Assembly (NCBI RefSeq): GCF_000354175.2 | Contig: NC_022349.1 | Coordinates: forward strand, 1,350,001 to 1,382,000 | Direction of reading: 5' to 3' | Source of the DNA: Vibrio alginolyticus NBRC 15630 = ATCC 17749 | GTDB taxonomy: Bacteria; Pseudomonadota; Gammaproteobacteria; Enterobacterales; Vibrionaceae | DNA length: 32,000 nucleotides | Shown: in pieces, positions 18,155 through 26,359 of the stretch | How the letters are laid out: each line of letters starts with the position of its first letter | How positions within the stretch are numbered: position 1 is the stretch's first letter | Notes under the pieces: model-generated | Database searches by the model: none | Seen by the model: the letters and a program-made list of their open reading frames with translations, nothing else | What the model was told of the DNA's origin: nothing | Made by a program: the position numbers and the translations under genes

Positions 18155-18403
18155 ATGGATTGTCGATTAGGATGTGGAGCGTGCTGTATTGCGCCAAGTA
18201 TCTCTTCACCAATACCTGGAATGCCAAAGGGCAAACCTGCAGGTGTTCGTTGTGTGCAACTCAACGACGACAATTTGTGCAAGCTATTTGGTAAGCCTGA
18301 ACGCCCCAAAGTCTGTCACGATTTTAAACCGTGTCCGATTGTATGCGGTAACACCAATCAAGAAGCACTCGACAACATCACTGAATTAGAACAATTGACG
18401 TAA
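18155..18403 (+). CDS. YkgJ-family cysteine-cluster (CxxCxxCC-type) protein
   Basis: 82 aa; N-terminal CRLGCGACC cluster plus downstream Cys residues (RCVQL, LCKLF, VCHDF, CPIVC); SD AAGAGG. Confidence 0.75.
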   Translation: MDCRLGCGACCIAPSISSPIPGMPKGKPAGVRCVQLNDDNLCKLFGKPERPKVCHDFKPCPIVCGNTNQEALDNITELEQLT

Positions 18404-18632
18404 TGCGACTCTAGACCACACGTTTAAAGTTAGTACCTCGGTTGTTTCTCTCCGAGGCAGTAATCAAAGCAAACTCGAGATTTAGCACTTCCCCCCTCTG
18501 CTTTTTATCTCACCTTTGAGAACTCTTGCCACATAGCGTTCCATTTGCGGTTTTTGCGCGATCTCCCTCACAATTTATTGACAATTCTCGACTATGTTCA
18601 GCGGGTCATTTAATTAAAGATCAGGAAAGAAC

Positions 18633-19331
18633 ATGAATAAGTATTTGGCTGAGGCTTTTGGCACGTTCTGGCTAGTGTTAGGCGGCTGTGGTAGCGCGGT
18701 GTTGGCTGCGGGTTTCCCTGAAGTGGGTATTGGTCTGTTGGGCGTTTCTTTGGCATTCGGTTTAACCGTTCTGACGATGGCATTTGCTATCGGTCATATT
18801 TCAGGTTGTCACTTGAACCCTGCAGTGACAGTTGGCCTTTGGGCTGGCGGTCGTTTTGAGACAAAAGACGTTACGCCTTACATCATCTCACAAGTGATCG
18901 GCGGGCTTATCGCAGGTGGCGTGCTTTACGTTATTGCATCTGGACAAGCAGGATTCGATGTTGTGGGTTCTGGCTTTGCCGCCAATGGTTATGGTGAACA
19001 CTCTCCAGGCCAATACTCGATGATCGCTGCACTTGTGACTGAAGTTGTCATGACGATGATGTTCCTGATTGTCATTATGGGTGCAACAGACAAACGTGCG
19101 CCACAAGGCTTTGCACCTATCGCAATTGGCCTGTGTTTGACTCTCATTCACCTGATCAGCATTCCTGTCACCAATACGTCAGTAAACCCTGCTCGTAGCA
19201 CGGCAGTCGCAGTATATGTGGGTGAATGGGCGGTTTCTCAGCTATGGCTGTTCTGGATTGCTCCTATTGTGGGTGGCGTGCTTGGTGCGGTTATCTACAA
19301 AAACCTTCTTGGTAAAGAATCGAACGATTAA
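18633..19331 (+). CDS. aqpZ: Aquaporin Z
   Basis: 232 aa; [23 protein letters not shown] start and both NPA boxes ([14 protein letters not shown]). Confidence 0.95.
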   Translation: MNKYLAEAFGTFWLVLGGCGSAVLAAGFPEVGIGLLGVSLAFGLTVLTMAFAIGHISGCHLNPAVTVGLWAGGRFETKDVTPYIISQVIGGLIAGGVLYVIASGQAGFDVVGSGFAANGYGEHSPGQYSMIAALVTEVVMTMMFLIVIMGATDKRAPQGFAPIAIGLCLTLIHLISIPVTNTSVNPARSTAVAVYVGEWAVSQLWLFWIAPIVGGVLGAVIYKNLLGKESND

Positions 19332-19352
19332 TCGTTCCTAACTCCCAAAATC

Positions 19353-19381
19353 AAAAAAGCCGCTGAATTCAGCGGCTTTTT
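19353..19381. terminator. Bidirectional terminator between aqpZ and recR
   Basis: AAAAAA-GCCGCTGAATTCAGCGGC-TTTTT palindromic stem between convergent genes. Confidence 0.88.
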
Positions 19382-19382
19382 A

Positions 19383-19982
19383 TTAAATTCTGTGTCGACC
19401 TAATAGCGAATGTGACAACGTCGTGCCATCAACAAGCTCTAGCTCCCCACCGACAGGCACACCATGCGCGATGCGGCTGGCATCAACTTGGTGCTCTTTA
19501 CATAGCTCTGCGATGTAGTGGGCAGTGGCTTCACCTTCAACTGTTGGGTTTGTCGCCAAAATCACTTCGGTAATATCACCGCGACGTAAGCGGTAATCAA
19601 GGACATCCAATCCAATATCACTTGGACCAATACCATCTAATGGCGACAAATGCCCCATAAGAACAAAATACCGACCAGAATATTGGCCTGTTGCTTCAAC
19701 GGCTGCGATGTCTGCCGGGCTTTCTACCACACAAATTTGACCATTTTCTTGGCGTTTTAGGTTGGTACAAATGTGACAGACTTCTTCTTCGGTGAAGGTT
19801 CGACACTCAGTACAATGACCTATTTCTGTCATTGCCTGACTAAGCGCATCTGCAAGCTGCAAACCGCCTTTTCTATCGCGCTGTAACAAATGAAAGGCCA
19901 TACGCTGCGCTGACTTGGGGCCAACCCCAGGTAGACAACGTAAGGCCTCCATCAATTGCTCCAGCATATGACTGGTACGCAT
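19383..19982 (-). CDS. recR: Recombination protein RecR
   Basis: 199 aa; HhH region [18 protein letters not shown]4 zinc finger [16 protein letters not shown], Toprim domain. Confidence 0.96.
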   Translation of the reverse strand: MRTSHMLEQLMEALRCLPGVGPKSAQRMAFHLLQRDRKGGLQLADALSQAMTEIGHCTECRTFTEEEVCHICTNLKRQENGQICVVESPADIAAVEATGQYSGRYFVLMGHLSPLDGIGPSDIGLDVLDYRLRRGDITEVILATNPTVEGEATAHYIAELCKEHQVDASRIAHGVPVGGELELVDGTTLSHSLLGRHRI

Positions 19983-20012
19983 TAAAAGTCCGCTTAATTA
20001 AATATCAGCAGA

Positions 20013-20342
20013 TTAGAATGGCATTTTCATGCCTGGTGGTAGTTGCATACCGCCAGTTACAGAAGCCATTTTCTCTTTTTGAGTTTCTTCAACACGACGG
20101 GCTGCATCGTTGAACGCCGCAGCGATCAGATCTTCAAGCATTTCTTTGTCGTCTTCCATCAAACTTTCATCGATGTCAACACGACGTACGCTGTGACTAC
20201 CAGTGATAGTAACTTTAACTAGGCCAGCACCAGACTCGCCAGTTACTTCCATATTCGCGATTTCTTCTTGAAGCTTTTGCATGCGATCTTGCATTTGCTG
20301 GGCTTGCTTCATTAGGTTGCCCATACCGCCTTTACCAAACAT
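20013..20342 (-). CDS. ybaB: Nucleoid-associated protein YbaB/EbfC
   Basis: 109 aa; [18 protein letters not shown]...; located between dnaX and recR as in most bacteria. Confidence 0.95.
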   Translation of the reverse strand: MFGKGGMGNLMKQAQQMQDRMQKLQEEIANMEVTGESGAGLVKVTITGSHSVRRVDIDESLMEDDKEMLEDLIAAAFNDAARRVEETQKEKMASVTGGMQLPPGMKMPF

Positions 20343-20424
20343 GTTTATCTCTCTGGTTTAATGAGGTGTTGCATCAATTAATGGGGTTATACCTTTGGGT
20401 TTTCAACCCCATTCCATTCGATTA

Positions 20425-22530
20425 TTAGATAGGGCGCACACTATCTTTATCAAGCTCTGCAGCAAAACGGCGTTCAATAAATTGAACATTTGGATCGTTT
20501 TCTAAACTGTTCAGCGCTTGCTGTAATTTCTCTTGGTAGAGCCTATCTCTCAGTTCAAGTGGTGTTTCTCCACTCTCCCCTATTTCGATGCTCATGTGGC
20601 ACTCTTCACCCAACACGGTATTAAGTGCTTTAAGCAATTCGGCTTGAGCTCTATCAGTATTCAAATGAGCTTGGCTGCTTCTCAATAGTAACGAAACGGT
20701 TGTTCCTTCCTTACTATAATGAGAGTTTAGCGCAAGTTGCTCTACCAGCTTAGGGATCTCCATTAAGCTGATTAGCTTCGCCCATTCATTATGTTCTAAT
20801 GACTCATCGATGAGCTTTTGTGCCATTTCAGGCGTTTTCTCATGCTCAAGTGCCTGCTTGAGCTGCGTAGGTGTCAGTTTTGTATTTACTTTTGTCTCAA
20901 CAGGCTTGCTTGGACGCCAGCGATACGCTTCCTCAACTTGTGGCTCCGTCGACTTCGGAGCTGAGTTTGGCGACACCTGCGCGGAATTGCCATGCAATTG
21001 CGCTACTCGGTCGATAACCGATTCTGGTTGTGCAGATGCCGCTTTAGGCTTTTTTGAGCCACCATTTTGAGGAGTGTTCTGTTGTAGGCCTTGACGCTGA
21101 GAACGTAATTGGTGACGCAAACCGCTTAGACCGCCGCGCGCTGGTGTTGAAACGCTCTCTTGCACTTGTTGAGGTGGCGTTTCATGTTGCGGCGCTGGGT
21201 TTTCGCTCATCGGCGGCGCCATATCATACTGTGGTGGAACCGTCTCATATCCACTCGCTTGATACTCAGGTTGCGAACTGGATGAAGGTTGAGGCGCCGC
21301 TTGTGGTGTGCTTTGTGCTGGACTCGGCTGCTGAGCTCGAGGAGCCGCGGCTGTCTGAGCTGGCGCAGCCTTTGGTTGACTGGTACTTTGAGCCGGAGAT
21401 GACGCTGGCTCGCAGTTACTAGAAACAACATTTGCCCCACTGTTATTTGATGGGCGGAACGCCATCATACGCAGCACAATCATTTCCAAACCGACTCGCC
21501 CATTTGGCGAGAGGGTCAAATCTTCACGACCTTTCAATGCAATTTGATAGTAAAGCTGAACGTCTTGCGGGCTTAGAGCTTTACTCAACAGCTCAATTTT
21601 CTCTGCATCTGGTTGGGCTCGGTCTAACGATGCGGGCAACGCTTGATACATCGCAATTCGGTGTAACTGTGTTGCGACTTGCTGCAACAAACCATCCCAC
21701 TCGACACCATTTGCTGCTAATTGCTGGATTTTATCCATGGCTTGTTGAGGTTGCTTGCTGCTGATTGACTCTAGTAAGTGAATCGCTTGGTCGGTATCAA
21801 TCGTCCCCAACATGTGGCTGACAATATCGGTTTGCACCGCACCGTTACCTAAAGCAATTGCTTGATCAGTCAAGCTAAGAGCATCACGCATACTGCCATC
21901 TGCAGCATGTGAGATCATACCCAACGCTTTTGGCTCTGCTGAAACTTGCTCTTGACCTAGGATGTAATCAAGTTGCTGGTGAATATCATCAACGCTGATT
22001 GGTTTCAGATGAAACTGAAGACAACGCGACAATATAGTGACAGGCAGCTTTTGTGGATCAGTTGTTGCGAGTAAGAACTTCACATACTCTGGCGGCTCTT
22101 CCAGGGTTTTCAACAACGCATTGAAAGAGTGACGCGATAGCATGTGCACCTCATCGATGAGGTACACTTTAAAACGTCCACGAGCAGGTTTGTATTGAAC
22201 GTTGTCTAACAGTTCACGAGTGTCTTCAACTTTAGTACGTGATGCTGCGTCGATTTCAAGAAGATCGACAAAGCGACCTTCATCAATTTCACGACAAGTA
22301 TCACACTTACCACAAGGTGTCGCGGTAATGCCGGTTTCGCAGTTCAAGCCTTTGGCAAACAGCCTACCGATACTCGTTTTACCCACACCACGAGTCCCGC
22401 TGAACAGATAAGCATGGTGTAAACGGTTTTGCGCCAGTGCGTTTTCCAACGCCGTCAGGACATGTTTTTGTCCGACAACTTGGTCAAACTGATTAGGACG
22501 CCATTTTCGCGCTAAAGCTAAATAACTCAT
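20425..22530 (-). CDS. dnaX: DNA polymerase III subunits tau and gamma
   Basis: 701 aa; Walker A GTRGVGKT, zinc module CETGITATPCGKCDTC, DEVHML box, P/Q/S-rich linker, tau-specific C-terminal domains. Confidence 0.97.
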   Translation of the reverse strand: MSYLALARKWRPNQFDQVVGQKHVLTALENALAQNRLHHAYLFSGTRGVGKTSIGRLFAKGLNCETGITATPCGKCDTCREIDEGRFVDLLEIDAASRTKVEDTRELLDNVQYKPARGRFKVYLIDEVHMLSRHSFNALLKTLEEPPEYVKFLLATTDPQKLPVTILSRCLQFHLKPISVDDIHQQLDYILGQEQVSAEPKALGMISHAADGSMRDALSLTDQAIALGNGAVQTDIVSHMLGTIDTDQAIHLLESISSKQPQQAMDKIQQLAANGVEWDGLLQQVATQLHRIAMYQALPASLDRAQPDAEKIELLSKALSPQDVQLYYQIALKGREDLTLSPNGRVGLEMIVLRMMAFRPSNNSGANVVSSNCEPASSPAQSTSQPKAAPAQTAAAPRAQQPSPAQSTPQAAPQPSSSSQPEYQASGYETVPPQYDMAPPMSENPAPQHETPPQQVQESVSTPARGGLSGLRHQLRSQRQGLQQNTPQNGGSKKPKAASAQPESVIDRVAQLHGNSAQVSPNSAPKSTEPQVEEAYRWRPSKPVETKVNTKLTPTQLKQALEHEKTPEMAQKLIDESLEHNEWAKLISLMEIPKLVEQLALNSHYSKEGTTVSLLLRSSQAHLNTDRAQAELLKALNTVLGEECHMSIEIGESGETPLELRDRLYQEKLQQALNSLENDPNVQFIERRFAAELDKDSVRPI
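21044..21055 (-). other. dnaX: Programmed -1 ribosomal frameshift signal producing gamma
   Basis: In-frame slippery heptamer A-AAA-AAG (codons 493-494, minus strand 21055-21049). After a -1 slip the next codons are GCC TAA, giving a product ending ...GGSKKA. Confidence 0.7.
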
Positions 22531-22538
22531 TGAATGTA

Positions 22539-23084
22539 TTAATGTCCTTCAAAATCGCAGATGCTGTACACGTTTAGACCTAGTGCTTCTAAACGTTTAT
22601 CGCCACCGATTTCTGGTAGGTTGATAACGAAGGCAGCGTGCTCAACTTCACCACCCAGTTGGCGAATCAGCTTAGTCGTCGCTTCAATAGTACCGCCCGT
22701 TGCCAATAAATCGTCGACAACCAGTACTTTGTCGCCTTCAACGATGGCATCTGTATGGATTTCTAGTGTATCAACGCCGTATTCAAGCTCATAAGATTGA
22801 GCAACAGTAGGGCGTGGTAGCTTGCCTGGTTTACGCACTGGTACAAAACCAACACCTAGCTCAAGCGCTAAAGGCGCGCCAAATAGAAAGCCACGAGCTT
22901 CCGTACCCACAACCTTGGTAAAGCCCATATCTTTGTAACGTTCAACAAGTAAGTTGATCGTCGCTTGGTATGCTTTCGCGTCTTCAAGAAGGCTCGTCAC
23001 ATCACGAAATAGAATGCCTGGCTTTGGGTAGTCTTGGATGCTTTTGATGCTAGATTTGATCAGTGAAATTGTTTCTGTAGTCAT
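22539..23084 (-). CDS. apt: Adenine phosphoribosyltransferase
   Basis: 181 aa; PRPP-binding loop [13 protein letters not shown]; 8 nt upstream of dnaX as in E. coli. Confidence 0.96.
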   Translation of the reverse strand: MTTETISLIKSSIKSIQDYPKPGILFRDVTSLLEDAKAYQATINLLVERYKDMGFTKVVGTEARGFLFGAPLALELGVGFVPVRKPGKLPRPTVAQSYELEYGVDTLEIHTDAIVEGDKVLVVDDLLATGGTIEATTKLIRQLGGEVEHAAFVINLPEIGGDKRLEALGLNVYSICDFEGH

Positions 23085-23198
23085 AATACCGATTTACTTA
23101 GATTGGCTCATCGCCCTCTCTAATCGCAGTATCACGAGGGCAACGAACAATAGGTTTTCACCACTATGTGCTTATTTTCGTAAAAGTCACAGGCGCTG

Positions 23199-23228
23199 AA
23201 AATACAAACGCCCACTCGAAGAGCGGGC
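23199..23228 (-). terminator. Intrinsic terminator after ybaN
   Basis: On the minus strand GCCCGCTC-ttc-GAGTGGGC (one G-U) followed by GTTTGTATTTT. Confidence 0.7.
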
Positions 23229-23246
23229 ACACTATTCTCTACAATC

Positions 23247-23591
23247 TTAGTGATTTTCTTCTCGGTCAGCAACCAACTCAATCACAGGCAGACGCATAAA
23301 CCAGCTGAGTAAAACGATTAGCATCACTAAAAGACCAATTTTTACCCAAACGAGGGGGACAACAACGATTGAAACCATGAAACTAAGCGCAATAAAAATC
23401 GCACCACGCTTTTTTACTTTTGAAGTAACAGCCCGATGCTTATGCCAATTGTCGAGAATGGGTCCAAACGTTTTGTGGTTATGTAACCATTGATGAAATG
23501 CGGGGCTACCACGCATAAAACATGCGCTAGCAAGCAAAATAAAAGGTGTGGTGGGTAAAAGTGGAAGGGCTATGCCGGCTATGCCGAGCAC
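23247..23591 (-). CDS. ybaN: YbaN-family (DUF454) inner-membrane protein
   Basis: LPLLPTTPFILLASACFMRGSPAFHQWL motif as in E. coli YbaN. Coordinates follow the GTG in the ORF track; the true start may be ATT at 23639 (see findings). Confidence 0.85.
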   Translation of the reverse strand: MLGIAGIALPLLPTTPFILLASACFMRGSPAFHQWLHNHKTFGPILDNWHKHRAVTSKVKKRGAIFIALSFMVSIVVVPLVWVKIGLLVMLIVLLSWFMRLPVIELVADREENH

Positions 23592-23666
23592 AATACAGAG
23601 TCCACCAACAGTATTGAAAAAGTAACGCTTAATACGAATGGTGAACTCCGGTACAAAATAGCTAGA

Positions 23667-23798
23667 TTAAAAGCCTGCGTAACCATTCATTACACGAAGC
23701 CAGGTTAGCGTTGCAGGAAGTGTTGGGATCAAAAGAACTGCAATAAAACCTAAAAAGTAAAAAATATTATAAGGCTCTTTAAAATCTTTGTCTGCCAT
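23667..23798 (-). CDS. Candidate 43-aa single-pass membrane protein (below ORF-track cutoff)
   Basis: ATG 23798 ... TAA 23667: MADKDFKEPYNIFYFLGFIAVLLIPTLPATLTWLRVMNGYAGF. One clear TM helix, same strand as ybaN and 27-75 nt upstream of it, weak SD AGAAG. Confidence 0.35.
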   Translation of the reverse strand: MADKDFKEPYNIFYFLGFIAVLLIPTLPATLTWLRVMNGYAGF

Positions 23799-23968
23799 GA
23801 TGTGTCTTCTCACTAGTTGACTTTGCTTCTCCCAAGGCACAGCGTTAAATTATCGTTGCACAAATGGGTCATTATTGTTTTAAGCGCTGACTATACATTA
23901 AACAGCCAAATCTAAACACCAGTAAAAAGTAAGGTTATTGAACTAAACGTATGTTGTTTTGGTGGTTC

Positions 23969-24005
23969 TAAAAAGATAATAAGCAGCGTCAGGACGCTGC
24001 TTATT
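23969..24005 (-). terminator. Intrinsic terminator after the rssB-like gene
   Basis: AATAAGCAGCGTC/GACGCTGCTTATT 12-13 bp stem, followed on the minus strand by ATCTTTTT; 17 nt past the stop. Confidence 0.8.
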
Positions 24006-24021
24006 GGTTTGCAAGTCATAA

Positions 24022-25128
24022 TTATACTAGTCGGGATTTCCGGGTAATACTTAAACTAAAACTTGAAGAACCTAAACACCCGATGGACAACTGTCCTGCA
24101 ACACTAAGCGGTAAATCGCGGGTGATGAAGTTTTTCATACTTCCTCCCCCTAAACGGTTACCTGCTGCGATGTGTTGATTCGTATTTCCGTCAGACCAAT
24201 GGCTATCTAAACCCGCAGGCAATATAGAGACCGAGGATGAAGCGAGGTCGGCGACACCAAACACAGCATTGACTGCACCCGCACACTCCGAACACTCAAT
24301 TCCTTTTTCAATGATCCCTACCATGTCCTTGAGATCAGCACTGAAACTTTTCAAGTTACGGAGATAATCGTCAAACAATGCCCTAACGAGCAATGTCGTC
24401 GCAACTCCATCATTAGCTTGGGAAGCAGAATCAACGAGATAAAACGCAAATTGACCATTCATTAACCAACGATAATCGAAAACCAAGGGCATCACATCCG
24501 TCGATTGCAATAAACGGTATGAGCAGCGCCAATCTCCCTGAGCAGCATCCTTCTCTGGCAATAGAGCTTGCAGTAAATCTCTTGCCGCACTCGGATTCTG
24601 TTGTAAATATTCCAGATGCCAATACAGCTCTTGTTCATCTGGGATTTCACCACCATCATCAACCCTGAACCACTGACTTGAAAAGTCACGTTGTTCTGAG
24701 AAGTGGCTATCGGTATCTTCTAGCGTATTCTCTATCGCCTGAGATAGGTGCTCATAATTACCTATCGGTTTAGGAAGAAAATCTTTAATACCAAATCGCA
24801 ACGCTTTCGCGACATCGGACATTTCATCCGTGCCTGATACCACGATAAGCGGCATATATGGATATTCGAGACTAACTTCTTCGACGAACTCGATACCATC
24901 TAAGACCGGCATCGATAAATCACATAAGATAAGATCGGGTTGGCATTCCCTGAGTTGTTGAAGCGCTTCTAGGCCGTTTTCTGCTTCTACTACTTTAAAA
25001 CCCTGACTTTCTAAATAGGCATTGGTTACTTTACGAAATATTGGATCATCGTCCACCAACATTATTAGTTTTTGATTAATCACTTCCTGTGCCGAGACCA
25101 TTGCCGTTTGACTGTGAGTCTTAAACAT
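24022..25128 (-). CDS. rssB: RssB-like response regulator (REC + degenerate PP2C-like domain), probable RpoS proteolysis adaptor
   Basis: REC domain has the acidic pocket MLVDDD, phospho-acceptor LILCDLSMP, VVSGTDE and FLPKP. The C-terminal half parallels remembered E. coli RssB segments (NPSAARDLLQALLP; FAFYLVDSASQANDGVATTLLVRALF). Start set at ATG 25128 with SD AGGGA 7 nt upstream; the ORF-track GTG is at 25143. Confidence 0.8.
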   Translation of the reverse strand: MFKTHSQTAMVSAQEVINQKLIMLVDDDPIFRKVTNAYLESQGFKVVEAENGLEALQQLRECQPDLILCDLSMPVLDGIEFVEEVSLEYPYMPLIVVSGTDEMSDVAKALRFGIKDFLPKPIGNYEHLSQAIENTLEDTDSHFSEQRDFSSQWFRVDDGGEIPDEQELYWHLEYLQQNPSAARDLLQALLPEKDAAQGDWRCSYRLLQSTDVMPLVFDYRWLMNGQFAFYLVDSASQANDGVATTLLVRALFDDYLRNLKSFSADLKDMVGIIEKGIECSECAGAVNAVFGVADLASSSVSILPAGLDSHWSDGNTNQHIAAGNRLGGGSMKNFITRDLPLSVAGQLSIGCLGSSSFSLSITRKSRLV

Positions 25129-25417
25129 ACCTTTATCCCTCACAAAGCTCAGTCAAAAAAACAGATTTATTATTAAGTCATTATTTTTGTTGTGTTTACT
25201 TCCAGCAAAACGTGTCACAGCAAGACCTGAGGCCGCTTCGCCTTGTTATAAAACTTAGCTCGGAAACTGCATTAATACAAATATTACGGCGTATAACAGT
25301 ATTTACTCAAACAGGGTTGCTGTGTTCAAATGATGCAACATGTTGACTTAAAGCAAGCTTTGATCACAAAGTTAATTATAAATTAACCGTAATCGGTAAT
25401 TTAATGTGTCTGGAAAT

Positions 25418-26293
25418 ATGAAATTAGATGACTTAAACCTGTTTCGACTGGTTGTCGAAAATGGGAGCTACACCGCAACTTCGCGAAAAACCATGATCCC
25501 GGTTGCGACCATCACCCGACGCATTCAAGCGCTAGAAGACTCTGTCAATCTTCGACTATTGAACCGTCATGCTCGCAAACTCTCGCTCACTGAAGCAGGG
25601 GAACGTTTTTACCATGAGTGCTCTCCTTTACTACAAAGGCTAACAACCGCAGCAGAGGAAATCACTGACGACTGCCGAGGAGCATCCGGCAAGATTAAGA
25701 TATCCGCGCCTTACAACTTAACTAAACGAATGATGATGCCGATGTTCAACAGCTTTATGAAGCAGTACCCGGACATCAACATTGAGCTAACGACAGAGAA
25801 TAATGCGGACAAGCTTGACCCTACTGAATGGGATGTAATTTTTCGAGTGGGACCGCAACGCGACTCTAGCCTCATCGCGCGTAAGATTGGCGAAGTGAAG
25901 GATATTCTCGTTGCAAGCCCTGACTATCTAACCTCGAATCCTGCGCCACACCATGCAGAAGAGCTATCTAACCATTCATTGCTAAAAGGGTACCCACTTA
26001 TTAAGTGGACCTTGATTAATAGCAAAGGCGAGTCTGTGGTGAATGTTGATCGTGGTCGTTTTCAAGCAAACGCGCTCAATGTGGTGCGCAGCGCTTGTTC
26101 CGAAGGTTTAGGCATCACACTAATGCCAGATGTAATGATCAAAGAGTACATCGAGAGCGGCGATTTGGTACGCGTACTGCCAGATTGGAGTGCAAACCCG
26201 CGCGACATTTATATGCTTTACAACCACAAAGACCACCTGCCAGAGAAAGTTCGCCTCTTTATTGACTTTGTGATCGCTTATAACATTCACTAA
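25418..26293 (+). CDS. LysR-family transcriptional regulator
   Basis: 291 aa from ATG 25418 (MKLDDLNLFRLVVENGSYTATSRKTMIPVATITRRIQALE = LTTR wHTH), C-terminal substrate-binding domain. Effector and target unknown. Confidence 0.9.
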   Translation: MKLDDLNLFRLVVENGSYTATSRKTMIPVATITRRIQALEDSVNLRLLNRHARKLSLTEAGERFYHECSPLLQRLTTAAEEITDDCRGASGKIKISAPYNLTKRMMMPMFNSFMKQYPDINIELTTENNADKLDPTEWDVIFRVGPQRDSSLIARKIGEVKDILVASPDYLTSNPAPHHAEELSNHSLLKGYPLIKWTLINSKGESVVNVDRGRFQANALNVVRSACSEGLGITLMPDVMIKEYIESGDLVRVLPDWSANPRDIYMLYNHKDHLPEKVRLFIDFVIAYNIH

Positions 26294-26308
26294 CTAGATA
26301 GCGAAAAC

Positions 26309-26339
26309 AAAAAACCAGAGCCGAAGCTCTGGTTTTTTT
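26309..26339. terminator. Bidirectional terminator between the LysR gene and purF
   Basis: AAAAAA-CCAGAGC-cgaa-GCTCTGG-TTTTTTT. Confidence 0.9.
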
Positions 26340-26359
26340 ACGACTTAAGAAAGCGCATC

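Noticed and set aside
18436-18457. CCTCGG-N10-CCGAGG hairpin after the YkgJ-like gene as a terminator
   Set aside because: The stem is short, the loop is 10 nt and no U-tract follows (CAGTAATC). It is too weak to call and is left unannotated.
20810-21764. Four ORFs of 77-122 aa (20810-21070 +, 21054-21422 +, 21207-21440 -, 21432-21764 +) inside the dnaX linker region
   Set aside because: All lie within or antisense to dnaX, whose frame is unambiguous. The region encodes a P/Q/S/A-rich low-complexity linker, so alternative frames are depleted of stop codons by composition alone. None has an SD or a recognisable motif.
25205-25225. GTGTCACA in the rssB/LysR intergenic region as a CRP site
   Set aside because: Only one TCACA half-site is present. 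The partner position 6 nt upstream reads AGCAA rather than TGTGA.
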